Assembly (NCBI GenBank): GCA_039588295.1
Contig: JBDHAB010000008.1
Location: 36,396 to 100,395, forward strand
Length of the DNA: 64,000 nt
Direction of reading: 5' to 3'
Source: Gemmatimonadota bacterium
GTDB taxonomy: Bacteria > Gemmatimonadota > Gemmatimonadetes > Gemmatimonadales > GWC2-71-9
How positions within the stretch are numbered: the stretch's first letter is position 1; each line of letters begins with the position of its first letter. The notes under the pieces were generated by a model. That model had not been told where the DNA came from and made no database searches. It saw only the letters and a program-made list of their open reading frames with translations. Positions 36,436-46,526 of this stretch are shown piece by piece. A program made the position numbers and the translations under genes.

Positions 36436-37527
36436 ATGCCGGCAGCGAAGGACTACTACCAGGTCCTGGGTGTTTCCGAGAAGGCGTCGGAGGCGGAGAT
36501 CAAGAAGGCCTATCGCAACCTCGCGAAGCGATACCATCCCGACAAGAATCCAGACAACAAAGCGGCGTCAGAGCGGTTCAAGGACATCGGGGAGGCGTAC
36601 TCCGTCCTGAGCGACCCCGAGCAGCGCAAGCGGTACGACACCATGCGCAAGTTCGGAGCGTTCGCGCCGGGTGGGAGTGCGTGGTCGCGTCGGGCGGAAC
36701 CCAGCGGCGCCGGGAGATTCGAGGATGTCGACTTCGGAGGGTTCCCCGGGTTCGGGGGGCTTGGCGACCTCTTCTCCTCGATCTTCGGGCGCGGCAAGCG
36801 CGCGTCGGCGGCGGAGCCCATCGAGGTGACCGCGGAGATCCCGTTCAAGGTCGCCGCCCTGGGCGGCAAGGTACCCGTGACGGTGGGTGTCACCGAGGCC
36901 TGTCCCCAGTGTGGCGGATCCGGCGCTGCTCCCAAGGCTCAGATCAATACCTGTCAGGAATGCAAGGGCCAGGGCACGGTCACCTTCGGCCAGGGCGGCT
37001 TCGCGGTTACTCGGCCGTGCCCGGCCTGCCGCGGCCGCGGCAAGATCCCCAGCGAGTCATGTTCGAAGTGTGCTGGCCAGGGAGAGGTTTCGGTTAACAA
37101 GCGCCTGCTGGTGACGGTCGCTGCGGGTACCGACTCGGGCCAACGTGTGCGGCTCAAGGGCCAGGGCCAGCGCAGTGGGGACGGTGGCCCGGCCGGGGAT
37201 CTCATCGTGACCTTTCAGGTTCAGCCGGATCGGTTCTTCCGCCGGGAGGGACTCAGCATTCACTGCACCGTCCCGGTGAATCTCGTGCAAGCGGCGCTCG
37301 GGACGAAGATCAAGGTGCGCACGCTCGATGGACGGCGAGTAGTGCTCAAGGTCCCCCCCGGCACCCAACCCGGTCGCAAGTTCCGTATTCGTGGCCAGGG
37401 CATAACGAAGAACGAGACCCGCGGAGATCAGATCGTCGAAATTGCCGTCACGATTCCGGAGAACCTCAGTGCCGAGCAAGAAGCGGTCTTGAAGGAGTTC
37501 GCAGACCAGGCCGGTCTGCGTCACTGA
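36436..37527 (+). CDS. dnaJ: Chaperone DnaJ
   Basis: [13 protein letters not shown] region, four CxxCxGxG repeats. Confidence 0.96.
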   Translation: MPAAKDYYQVLGVSEKASEAEIKKAYRNLAKRYHPDKNPDNKAASERFKDIGEAYSVLSDPEQRKRYDTMRKFGAFAPGGSAWSRRAEPSGAGRFEDVDFGGFPGFGGLGDLFSSIFGRGKRASAAEPIEVTAEIPFKVAALGGKVPVTVGVTEACPQCGGSGAAPKAQINTCQECKGQGTVTFGQGGFAVTRPCPACRGRGKIPSESCSKCAGQGEVSVNKRLLVTVAAGTDSGQRVRLKGQGQRSGDGGPAGDLIVTFQVQPDRFFRREGLSIHCTVPVNLVQAALGTKIKVRTLDGRRVVLKVPPGTQPGRKFRIRGQGITKNETRGDQIVEIAVTIPENLSAEQEAVLKEFADQAGLRH

Positions 37528-37531
37528 GCCG

Positions 37532-38311
37532 CTAGTCGCTGCCCCAACGCGCGGCGCTGTCAGGCTCGATTTCCCCCATCCGACTTACCACGAACGTGGC
37601 TGAGGTGCCGGGTACGGACCAGCGGAGGACTTCACCGGTGATCCGGTCCAGGGTATACGCGTAGAACTGGCTCAGCCCTGCTTCGCCCGCCAGCACATGG
37701 ATGCGGCCCAGTGCATCGACCGCGAGGTCCGTCATGTAGGCCGTTCCCTCCCACTGCCAGGGAAGCCGCCAGCGGATGTTGCCGTTCGCGTTGTACAGCG
37801 TGATCGCCTGGTCCGGTATGGCGTGCAGCACGCCGCCGAGCGCGGCGACGAGGAAGCCCGTACGGGCACTTTGCTCCACGACCGCGAACGTTGTCAGGCT
37901 GTCCTGAGAGAGCGTCACGAGCCGCCCACCTGGGGCCTCGAGCACGATCCGCCCATCCGGGAGGATGGCGAACTGATGCGGCGCCGTGGCGATGGTGTCG
38001 ACTCGAAGACGGCGCACGACGTCCCACTGCGACGAGAATGTGACGATCCAGGAGCCGTCCGCGGTCACGTCGGACACGTACCACTGGCCGTTGTGCTCCT
38101 GAATGTGATGTGGGCTGTGCAGGGCTTGATCGCCTCGGGTGAAGACGGCGCCCGTGCTCCGTTCGCGGAGCACGATGTCGCTCGATCCCTGCCTGGTGAG
38201 AGCGAGTACGGTGTCGCCAGCAGCTGCCACCGCCCGCCCGTCGACGAAGATCGGAGAGCCCGAAGGCCGCGACGTGCCGCACGCCGTCACGATCGTGACG
38301 GCGGCGAGCAC
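37532..38311 (-). CDS. Hypothetical lipoprotein, possible beta-propeller
   Basis: IVTAC lipobox-like; SPHHI, APHQF, DLAVD..GRIHV repeats; start uncertain. Confidence 0.6.
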   Translation of the reverse strand: MLAAVTIVTACGTSRPSGSPIFVDGRAVAAAGDTVLALTRQGSSDIVLRERSTGAVFTRGDQALHSPHHIQEHNGQWYVSDVTADGSWIVTFSSQWDVVRRLRVDTIATAPHQFAILPDGRIVLEAPGGRLVTLSQDSLTTFAVVEQSARTGFLVAALGGVLHAIPDQAITLYNANGNIRWRLPWQWEGTAYMTDLAVDALGRIHVLAGEAGLSQFYAYTLDRITGEVLRWSVPGTSATFVVSRMGEIEPDSAARWGSD

Positions 38312-38337
38312 GCCGCGCTTGGCACTCCGGTGCCGAC

Positions 38338-39420
38338 TTAGAAAGCGATAATACTCACCTGCAGCACCAGATACGCCGGTGCCAACAGATCGTCGAAGGA
38401 ATCCAGGAACGCTCCGACAGCCTCGAAGATCTCGCGTAACGCCTCCAGCTGCTCCGCTGTGAGCGGGTTGTTGTCGGCGTCGGTGAACACCGGCGCAGCC
38501 GGCGTTCCGGAGATCTGGACCACGAGGTTGCTGTTGTGCGTGATCGTCCCGCTGAGAGCGGTCTCCGTCGCCGTTACGTCCAGCTCCACGGTGTTTCCGT
38601 CGTGCTGGATCGTAAAGGTAATGGCCAGCACCGCGTCTTGGGGATCGACGTTCAGGATCAGTCGCAGCAACGCATCGGAGTTTCTTGCATCGAGCGAGTA
38701 GTCGACCGTCAGTCCCTCGGTGGACGACCAGACATGCGACAACACGAAATCGACGACGTGCGTCCCGTCGGAGATGAATCCGTCCGCTGTGAACGTGACG
38801 TCTGACGTGGTGACGACCGCACTCGCGGTGTAGTCGAGGTAGGTCACGCCTTGGAGGACCACGACGACGCCCAACTGATCAGCGGCAGGCGTCGACTCGT
38901 CGGTCAACTCGACGTGCCCGATGTCATCCAGTGGGATCACCGGACTGTGGAAGATCGGGTCGACCGCATAGAGCTTGACCCAAATCCCATTGGCTGGTGC
39001 GCCGGTGCTGTCCGGGGCGATCTCGTACTGCTCGGTCGCCGGATTGTAGATCAGCGTCTTCCCAAGGAAATCGGCTGGGAAGATCACCGCCGGATTGGCC
39101 GGATTCAGGAACGGCGCGATCCGGTGGAACAGCGGCAGCTGTTCTTCCACCCAGCTCGGAGCGCTCGGGCCCTCGACCACGGGCGCCAACGCCGGGGCGC
39201 TGCCTCCGAGCGACGGGAGTGCCCAGGCCAGGACCTCCATTGACTGCAGGGCCGGGTTTTGGTCGAATGCGACGAGCGCCTCGGACGTAGCCGCGTTGGT
39301 GGCGACCGGGTCGAACTCGCCGCCGGGTCCGGTCGAGTCGCTGCAGGCGCCCACGGCGAGCGCCAGCGCCAGCGCCGGGAGCCAGGCTCGGCCCCGGTTT
39401 CTTGTGACGTTTCTCAGCAT
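38338..39420 (-). CDS. Hypothetical acidic lipoprotein
   Basis: GAGGAG RBS; LALAVGACSDSTGP lipobox. Confidence 0.75.
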   Translation of the reverse strand: MLRNVTRNRGRAWLPALALALAVGACSDSTGPGGEFDPVATNAATSEALVAFDQNPALQSMEVLAWALPSLGGSAPALAPVVEGPSAPSWVEEQLPLFHRIAPFLNPANPAVIFPADFLGKTLIYNPATEQYEIAPDSTGAPANGIWVKLYAVDPIFHSPVIPLDDIGHVELTDESTPAADQLGVVVVLQGVTYLDYTASAVVTTSDVTFTADGFISDGTHVVDFVLSHVWSSTEGLTVDYSLDARNSDALLRLILNVDPQDAVLAITFTIQHDGNTVELDVTATETALSGTITHNSNLVVQISGTPAAPVFTDADNNPLTAEQLEALREIFEAVGAFLDSFDDLLAPAYLVLQVSIIAF

Positions 39421-39596
39421 CCTTCACTCCTCGTTGAGGCCAGTAGGTGCCTTTGGGCTGCTTTCAGCCAAGCTAAAGCCTTGTGGGGTAGTGCGATGTG
39501 ATGCCGCCCACGGGCGGGGGGTGTCCGGGGTCGCACGCCCAGGAATCGCGGTCGACGGGGCTTCGGCGTTATCCTGCGGGCCCTAGCACAAGGGAC

Positions 39597-40446
39597 ATGC
39601 GAATCGTGAGCGTCTTCTACACCGATCAGTTTCCCCTGCCGCTCCGACCCAGACACCGGTTCCCGAGCGCGAAGTACCGGCTGCTCCGGGAACGCCTTGT
39701 TCGGGACGCCGTGCTACAGCCGGCGCAGCTGAGGGTGCCGGCCGCTGCCAGCGATGAAGAGCTCCATGGCGCCCATGCGCCGGAGTACGTCCACCGGGTC
39801 ACGACGGGCGAGCTCGGTGCGGCTGAAATCCGACGAATTGGCTTTCCATGGTCGGCGGAGCTGGTGGAGCGCTCGCGTCGCTCCGTCGGGGCGACCACGG
39901 CAGCCTGCCGCGCCGCGCTCGACGATGGTATGGCGGTCACCCTCGCCGGCGGAACGCACCACGCCCACGCCGATCGCGGCCGCACGTCGTGTCGTGATCC
40001 TCGATTGCGACGTGCATCAGGGAAATGGCACCGCCGCGATCTTTCGGAATGACCGGTCCGTGTTCACGTTCGCGATCTTTGCAGACCGCAATTTCCCGTT
40101 CGCCAAGGAACCGAGCGACCTCGACGTGCCGCTCATCGATGGCACGACGGACGAGGGCTACCTCGAGGCGCTCGATGGCGGGGTGCGCCGGGCGCTGGAG
40201 CGGGCCGCCGCCGATCTCGCGGTCTACCTGGCGGGTGCCGACCCCTTCGAGGGCGATCGGCTCGGCCGACTTGCGGTCACCAAGGCGGGGCTCGCGGCGC
40301 GGGATCGCCTCGTGTTGGACCGGTGTCGCAACGTCGGCATTCCCGTGGCAATCGCCATGGCCGGCGGGTATGCCCATGACATTGACGACACCGTGGACAT
40401 TCACGTCGAGACCGTTCGGGCAGCGGGGCGGTTCGCGGAGCGATAG
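39597..40446 (+). pseudogene. Histone deacetylase family protein, internal deletion plus frameshift
   Basis: Frame 1: HRFP..KY..IGFPWS..AGGTHHAHADRG; frame 2: ILDCDVHQGNGT..GADP..GGY; the GFCxFND segment is absent. Confidence 0.85.
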
Positions 40447-40565
40447 CCTCTGCGCAGCCGGGAAGATTCACCCGGCACGGCTCGCCGGTGTACCTACCCC
40501 GGTGCGGTCGGCTCGTCCTATCTTGAGCCAGGCGTCACACGCTTCCTCTGCTGGGAGAAACGCGG

Positions 40566-40982
40566 ATGTCGACTTCTCGTCGCTGGACCTTCACCCTCGA
40601 AGCGGAGTACGGGCATCGCAACATCAGCGGTGAGGTAGAAGCGCTCGTCGCGGACTCCGGCGTCCAGACGGGCATTGTCGCGGTGCAGCTCACGGGCTCC
40701 ACTGGGGCGATCACTACGATCGAGTATGAGCGGGGTGCCCTCTGGGATCTCCGCCGCGCCCTCGACCAGATTGCGCCGGCCAACGAGGACTACGCGCACA
40801 ACGAGGCCTATCACGATGGGAACGGGTTCTCCCATGTGAGATCCGCGCTGCTGAAGACGAGCGTGGCGATTCCAATCATCAACGGCAAACTGCAACTCGG
40901 CACGTGGCAGGAGGTCCTGCTACTGAATCTGGACAACCGGGAGCGGAGCCGCGAAGTGGTCGCAGTGGTGGTTGGCTCGTAG
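40566..40982 (+). CDS. YjbQ family (UPF0047)
   Basis: GSTGAITTIE, YAHN..DGNGFSH, LGTWQ. Confidence 0.9.
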   Translation: MSTSRRWTFTLEAEYGHRNISGEVEALVADSGVQTGIVAVQLTGSTGAITTIEYERGALWDLRRALDQIAPANEDYAHNEAYHDGNGFSHVRSALLKTSVAIPIINGKLQLGTWQEVLLLNLDNRERSREVVAVVVGS

Positions 40983-41020
40983 CTGCCAGTCCGCCGGGGA
41001 GCATCCCGGCGCTTCGAGGA

Positions 41021-41404
41021 CTACGAGTCTCGCGGACCGGCCTTCCAGACCTCTACGCGGCCACGGCTGCCGACAAATGCATTTCCCGCCCAGGCCGTGA
41101 GCCCCACGATCACCGATGCAAGGACCGCGGCCACCAAGCCGTCGATGTGGAACGTCGGCAGGAGGGCGGCGACGAGCAGGAGCATGGCGCCGTTCACCAC
41201 AAAGAGAAAGAGGCCCAGCGTCACGAGCGTCAGTGGAAGCGTGAGGAAGATGACCACCGGCCGGACGAACGCGTTGACCAGGCCCAACAGCAGTGCGGCA
41301 AACCACAGCGCGACCACGCTGTCGAACCGCACGCCGGCGAGCACCATGTCGGCCATCCAGAGGCCAAAGGCGGTAACGAACAGTCGGGCAATGAGTCCGC
41401 GCAT
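41021..41404 (-). CDS. Phage-holin-family (YvlD-like) 4-TM protein
   Basis: LGLVNAFVRPVV..LTLPLTLVTLGLFLFVVNG. Confidence 0.88.
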   Translation of the reverse strand: MRGLIARLFVTAFGLWMADMVLAGVRFDSVVALWFAALLLGLVNAFVRPVVIFLTLPLTLVTLGLFLFVVNGAMLLLVAALLPTFHIDGLVAAVLASVIVGLTAWAGNAFVGSRGRVEVWKAGPRDS

Positions 41405-41499
41405 CCGGGGGCCCTCTTCCGGCCGACGACCGAGAAAGTATCGAGTCGACGGAACCTCACCTGCTCCCGAAGACCAGTCAAGCCAACCCACCCGCAGGG

Positions 41500-41529
41500 T
41501 TGACGCCTCCCGCGCCGATGCCGTAGCCT
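41500..41529 (+). promoter_or_regulatory. Sigma70-type promoter, probably leaderless
   Basis: TTGACG-N18-TAGCCT-N8-ATG(41538). Confidence 0.6.
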
Positions 41530-41537
41530 CCCTCACC

Positions 41538-42257
41538 ATGGTGGTGGAGTTCCACGACGCGACGTTCTCACTGGCCGGCCGCACGCTAGTCGGTCCGTTG
41601 AGCCTCGCAGTCCGGCGTGGCGAAACGCTGGTGCTGCTTGGCGCGAGCGGGTCGGGGAAGACGACGACGCTCCGACTCGTGAACGCCCTCCTGCTGCCCA
41701 CGTCCGGGGAGGTTTCGGTGCTCGATCGACCGACTCGCTCGTGGGATCCCGTCGGGCTCCGCCGGTCGATCGGCTACGTGATTCAGGACATCGGGCTGCT
41801 ACCGCATCTGTCGGTGGCGCGCAATGTCGGCTTGGTGCCGCGCCTCGAAGGGTGGCCGGCTGACCGCGTGAGGGATCGGGTCCGAGAACTCCTGGCGCTT
41901 GTCGGGCTGCCGCCAGAGGAGTTTGCGGGGCGGTTTCCGCACGAGCTTTCCGGAGGGCAGCGCCAGCGCGTCGGAGTGGCACGGGCCCTCGGCGCGGATC
42001 CGCCGATCCTGCTGTGCGACGAGCCCTTTGGCGCGGTGGACCCCATCACGCGCGCTGAGCTGCAGCGCGAGTTCCGAACGCTGGCCGCAAGGCTGCAAAA
42101 GACGGTCGTGTTCGTCACGCACGACGTGCGCGAGGCGTTGCGACTCGGAGACACGGTCGCCCTCCTCGATGGTGGGCGTGTCACGTTCCTCGGAACGGTG
42201 GGGGACTTCCGAAAGAGCGAGGATCCCACCGTCACAGCCTTTCGGGAGCTGATGTGA
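41538..42257 (+). CDS. Osmoprotectant ABC transporter ATPase (no CBS)
   Basis: [32 protein letters not shown]. Confidence 0.9.
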   Translation: MVVEFHDATFSLAGRTLVGPLSLAVRRGETLVLLGASGSGKTTTLRLVNALLLPTSGEVSVLDRPTRSWDPVGLRRSIGYVIQDIGLLPHLSVARNVGLVPRLEGWPADRVRDRVRELLALVGLPPEEFAGRFPHELSGGQRQRVGVARALGADPPILLCDEPFGAVDPITRAELQREFRTLAARLQKTVVFVTHDVREALRLGDTVALLDGGRVTFLGTVGDFRKSEDPTVTAFRELM

Positions 42258-42892
42258 GCTTCGTGACGTTCATGGTGGAGCACGCGGACGAGGTGGGGTA
42301 TCGTACCCTCCAGCACCTCCTGCTTGTCGGTGTGTCGACCGTGCTCGCAGTGGGGATCGGGGTGCCGCTCGGCGTGGTGGTGAGTCGCAGCCCTCGGCTG
42401 CGCCGGCCCGTGCTCGCGACGACCAACATCTTCCAGACCGTACCGAGTCTCGCGCTATTCGGGTTTCTGCTCCCGCTGCCGCTGATCGGCGGCATTGGAG
42501 CAAAGACGGCAATCGTGGCGCTCATCGTGTACGCCCTGCTCCCGATCGTGCGCAACACCTATACGGGAATCACGGGCGTCGATCCCGCGGTTCGAGACGC
42601 AGCCCGGGGTATGGGCATGACCGATCAAGAGCTGCTGCGCCTGGTCGAGCTCCCCCTGGCCGCGCCCGTCATCCTGGCCGGGATACGGGTTGCCACGGTC
42701 ATCGGTGTCGGAATCGCCACGATTGCGGCGGCGATCGGCGCCGGCGGGCTCGGTGACTTCATCTTCCGCGGACTCGCCATGGTGGACAACGACGTGATTC
42801 TGGCTGGTGCCCTACCCGCAGCGCTCCTCGCCCTGCTCCTCGATGCCGCGCTCCACATGGTGGAGCGCCGGTTCGATTGGAGAACTCGATGA
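42254..42892 (+). CDS. Osmoprotectant ABC permease
   Basis: QTVPSLAL, LLPIVRNTY, ARGMGMT, IGAGGLG. Confidence 0.92.
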   Translation: MSFVTFMVEHADEVGYRTLQHLLLVGVSTVLAVGIGVPLGVVVSRSPRLRRPVLATTNIFQTVPSLALFGFLLPLPLIGGIGAKTAIVALIVYALLPIVRNTYTGITGVDPAVRDAARGMGMTDQELLRLVELPLAAPVILAGIRVATVIGVGIATIAAAIGAGGLGDFIFRGLAMVDNDVILAGALPAALLALLLDAALHMVERRFDWRTR

Positions 42893-43782
42893 GATCGCGA
42901 GGGCCGGGAGTGTTGGGTTGGGCGGTCGTGACGCTCGTCCTCGGAGTCGCATGGTCGAGCTGCGGCGGGGGTCGCGAAGTCATCACGGTAGCGTCGAAGA
43001 ACTTCACGGAGTCGGTGCTACTGGGAGAGATCGTCGCACAGCAGCTCGAGCGACACGGCTTTGCCGTGGATCGGCGCCTCAACCTGGGTGGCACGTTCAT
43101 CTGTCATCACGCGCTCACGGCGGGACAGGCCGACGTCTACGTCGAATACACGGGAACTGCGCACGCGGCGATCTTGGAGCGGCCGCCGGAGCGCGATGCC
43201 GCGCGTGTCCGGCAAGCGGTCGACAGCATCTATCGCGCGCGGTGGGATCTGGAGTGGCTAGTTCCGTTCGGGTTCGAGAATACCTTCGCCATCTTGGTGC
43301 GAGGTGCGGACGCGCGACGTCTGGGTATCGCAACCCTGTCGGAGGCGACCGAATACTCGCGCGAGTGGCGTCCCGGATTCGGGTACGAGTTCGTTGAGCG
43401 CCAGGACGGCTTTCGCGGGCTCGTCGAGACCTACGGCCTGGTCTTCGCCCGCCCGCCAGCGGTCATGGACCTTGGCCTCACGTATCGGGCGCTCGCCGGT
43501 GGACAGGTGGACCTCATTGCAGGGAACTCCACTGACGGGAACATCGATGCACTCGATCTGGTGCAACTGATCGATGACATGGGGTACTTCCCGCCGTACG
43601 AGGCGGTACCGGTGGTGAGGACCGAGGCGCTGGGCCGGCATCCGCAACTCCGGAAGGCACTCGAGGACCTCGGGGGGACGATCGACGCGAGGGTGATGCG
43701 TCGGCTCAACCGCCTCGTGGATGTGGATCGCCGCGCCGTGCGCGACGTGGCCCGCGAATTCCTCGAGACCCCACATCGGTAG
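42889..43782 (+). CDS. Glycine betaine/choline-type substrate-binding lipoprotein
   Basis: SKNFTE, YVEYTGT, GFENTF, YFPPY. Confidence 0.9.
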   Translation: MRSRGPGVLGWAVVTLVLGVAWSSCGGGREVITVASKNFTESVLLGEIVAQQLERHGFAVDRRLNLGGTFICHHALTAGQADVYVEYTGTAHAAILERPPERDAARVRQAVDSIYRARWDLEWLVPFGFENTFAILVRGADARRLGIATLSEATEYSREWRPGFGYEFVERQDGFRGLVETYGLVFARPPAVMDLGLTYRALAGGQVDLIAGNSTDGNIDALDLVQLIDDMGYFPPYEAVPVVRTEALGRHPQLRKALEDLGGTIDARVMRRLNRLVDVDRRAVRDVAREFLETPHR

Positions 43783-43817
43783 CGACGCAGGGTGTCTGGA
43801 GGTCTGCCGGGGCGCTG

Positions 43818-44246
43818 TCAGGCGAACTCCGCACGATCCACCATTCTGACGCCTTGGGCCAGCGTCTTATGCACCGGACAGCGCTCGACGATTTGCGCGA
43901 GACGCTTCCGCTGCGCCTCGTCGAAGTCTCCCGCAATACGCACGTGAGAGCTGATCTGCTCGATCAGTCCTTTGCGCGGTTCTTCGCAGTCCTCGCAGTC
44001 CTTGGCGTGAATGCGATCGAATTCGTAAGTGGCGGTGACCGACTTGAGTGGAATCCCCTTATGACGGCAATACAGGGCGAGTGTGATCAGGGTGCAGGAG
44101 GCCAACGCCCCCATCAGCAGCTCGTACGGCGTTGGCCCTGTGTCGTCACCGCCGGCATCGGTGGGCTCGTCGGCGCTCCAGGTGTGACGGCCGTTTGAGA
44201 TTGCGACCTGGGTGCCGCTCGTGAGTTCGGCAGTGATTCTCGGCAT
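43818..44246 (-). CDS. OsmC family protein
   Basis: ADEP..GGDDTGPTPYELL..LASCT, HAKDCEDC, RCPVHKTL; AAGGAG RBS. Confidence 0.9.
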   Translation of the reverse strand: MPRITAELTSGTQVAISNGRHTWSADEPTDAGGDDTGPTPYELLMGALASCTLITLALYCRHKGIPLKSVTATYEFDRIHAKDCEDCEEPRKGLIEQISSHVRIAGDFDEAQRKRLAQIVERCPVHKTLAQGVRMVDRAEFA

Positions 44247-44297
44247 ACCTTCTCCTTGCACCGTGCGCCGCCATGAGGCGGCGTCCGAAAGGGTCGT

Positions 44298-45059
44298 TTA
44301 CAGTACCGCGTCCAGGAAGGTCACAATTGCGGCCCCGGCCTGCTCGGCATGCGACTGCCGGACGAACAGGTGATCGGCATGGGGAATGGCAGCGAACCAC
44401 CGTGGCTGCCGGGCCGCCTGAAAGATTCGCTCTCCCTCGGTTATCGGAACCACGGTGTCTGCGGTTCCGTGCACCACCATGAGCGGACGCCCCAGTTCGG
44501 CGATCCGTTCGGGTGAGCTGTGTCGTTCGAGATCGCGAAAGAAATCTGCAGAGATGGTAAACTCGCGGCCCGCGATCCGGACCGTTGCCTCCCCCGACGC
44601 CAGCGCGCGCTCGACGTCGTCGTTGGTGAAGAGATGTCGCACATGAGCAGGGCTGAACGGAGCGGCGATCGCGACGGCAGCCTTGACTTCCGGCACGTTC
44701 CCCGCCGCAAGCAGGGTGGCGGCGCCCCCGAGTGAGTGGCCCACCAGCGCGCACGCGCCGAAACCTCGCGTGTTCATGTACTGGGCGGCGGCCTCGATAT
44801 CGGCGATGTTGGAGGAAACACCGGTGTTCGAGAAATTCCCTTCGCTGTCGCCCAACCCGGTGAAATCGAATCGAAGCACCGCGTACCCCCCCGCCTCGAT
44901 GCCGGTCGCGAGATACCTCGTGACCTTGAGCGACTTCGAGCACGTGAAGCAATGTGCCAACACCACGCCGCCGCGGGGCTGGTCATCGGGAAGATGCAGA
45001 GTGCCCGACAACGTGTCGCTCGAACCTTCGAAGGTGATACGTTCGTGAATGTGGGCCAT
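44298..45059 (-). CDS. Alpha/beta hydrolase
   Basis: AHCFTCSK, RFDFTGLGDSEG, GHSLGG, HGTAD, ADHLF. Confidence 0.9.
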   Translation of the reverse strand: MAHIHERITFEGSSDTLSGTLHLPDDQPRGGVVLAHCFTCSKSLKVTRYLATGIEAGGYAVLRFDFTGLGDSEGNFSNTGVSSNIADIEAAAQYMNTRGFGACALVGHSLGGAATLLAAGNVPEVKAAVAIAAPFSPAHVRHLFTNDDVERALASGEATVRIAGREFTISADFFRDLERHSSPERIAELGRPLMVVHGTADTVVPITEGERIFQAARQPRWFAAIPHADHLFVRQSHAEQAGAAIVTFLDAVL

Positions 45060-45089
45060 GCAGGAGTGGGTTCTCAGACCGACACCGGT

Positions 45090-45449
45090 TCACCTAAACA
45101 GCGACAGATTGTCCGACAGCATCGTGTACGCGTTGGGCGAGATCGTGTCCTTGAGTGCGGTCCCCACGACCGCACACAACTCATCGACCCGGGCCTTCTC
45201 GAAGCCTGCAATGGTGACGATGCGGCGCACAGCGCCTGGCGTCGCCATCGCCAACATCTCGCCCGTGCCTCCACCTTGGAACGGCGCCTTGAGCATCCAC
45301 GCACCGGACTCGGGAAAGGCTGTTGCAATCTCCGAAAACGTGCGCATGTCGACTGCCATGCGGATGGCGAGAAACAGTGAGCCGAGCCCGCGGGCTGCCT
45401 GTTCCTCGTCACAGCTGAACTGCTCCATCACGGTTTCGATCAGGTTCAC
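45090..45449 (-). CDS. Hypothetical helical protein (DUF2780-like)
   Basis: AGGAG RBS plus GTG; EQAARGLGSLF pattern; family assignment tentative. Confidence 0.6.
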   Translation of the reverse strand: MNLIETVMEQFSCDEEQAARGLGSLFLAIRMAVDMRTFSEIATAFPESGAWMLKAPFQGGGTGEMLAMATPGAVRRIVTIAGFEKARVDELCAVVGTALKDTISPNAYTMLSDNLSLFR

Positions 45450-45458
45450 GAAATGCTC

Positions 45459-46526
45459 CTAGCAGATGATGCCGCCGCCCAAGAGTCGGGGCCCGTCGTA
45501 CAGGACGCCCGACTGGCCCGGTGTGATCGCACGGACCGGCTCCGCCAGTTCGAGTCTCACGCCGCCGTGCGACACCGCCGCATCAGCCACTCGGGCGGGG
45601 ACGGGTCGGGACCGGTACCGCACTTGAATATGGCACATGGCGCCCGCCTGCAAGGGGTCGCTGAGCCAGTTCATCTCCTCCAGTGTCACACCGTGACCGA
45701 ACAACTCATCCCCGGTTCCGACGATCACCGCCCGTTCCTCGGGATCGATCGCAACGACGAACATCGGCTCCGGGAATCCACCCGGCAGGCGTCGCCGCTG
45801 GCCGATCGTGTAACGGGCATACCCGGCGTGTCGTCCGACGGTGATGCCCGCCGTGGTTCTGATGGGGCCAGGTGAGAGGGCCGGGTCATCGTGCGACAGG
45901 TGCTGCTCCAGCACCGCCACATAGTCGCCATCCGGGACGAAGCAGATCTCGACGGACTCCTGCTTTTCCGCCGTCACCAAGCCGAGTCGACGGGCGATGG
46001 CGCGTGTCTCCGTCTTGGTGAGCTCACCCACCGGTGTCAGCATAAACGGTAGGACTGAGCGGTCGATGCCCCAAAGAAAATATGTCTGGTCCTTTCCACG
46101 GTCCTTGCCGCGGAACAGACTGCCGTCGCGCGTGATGGCGTAGTGACCGGTTGCGACAAACTCGCAGTCGAGTACCTCGGCGTGGTCGCGCAGGTCGCGG
46201 AACTTGGTGAACGTATTGCAGCGCACGCAGGGAATCGGCGTTCGTCCCCGCGCATACTCCGCAACGAAGTCCTCGATGACACTCACCCGGAACTGATCTT
46301 CGAGGTCGAGCACGTAGTGCGGGATGCCGAGTCCGTGAGCGACCGACGCGGCATCGTTGATCGAATCCAGAGAACAACACGGTCGATCGGGAACGGTCTC
46401 ACCGTAGCAGAAAAGCTTCATGGTGGCGCCGATGACGTCGTACCCCGCCTCCACGAGAAGTGCCGCAGCCACTGAGCTGTCGACGCCGCCCGACATCGCG
46501 ACCAGCACACGGCCCGTGGCGGTCAT
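45459..46526 (-). CDS. mnmA: tRNA 2-thiouridylase
   Basis: [45 protein letters not shown]. Confidence 0.96.
   Translation of the reverse strand: MTATGRVLVAMSGGVDSSVAAALLVEAGYDVIGATMKLFCYGETVPDRPCCSLDSINDAASVAHGLGIPHYVLDLEDQFRVSVIEDFVAEYARGRTPIPCVRCNTFTKFRDLRDHAEVLDCEFVATGHYAITRDGSLFRGKDRGKDQTYFLWGIDRSVLPFMLTPVGELTKTETRAIARRLGLVTAEKQESVEICFVPDGDYVAVLEQHLSHDDPALSPGPIRTTAGITVGRHAGYARYTIGQRRRLPGGFPEPMFVVAIDPEERAVIVGTGDELFGHGVTLEEMNWLSDPLQAGAMCHIQVRYRSRPVPARVADAAVSHGGVRLELAEPVRAITPGQSGVLYDGPRLLGGGIIC

Noticed and set aside
41021..41404. Holin as a prophage marker
   Set aside because: YvlD-like family is commonly chromosomal; no phage genes nearby.
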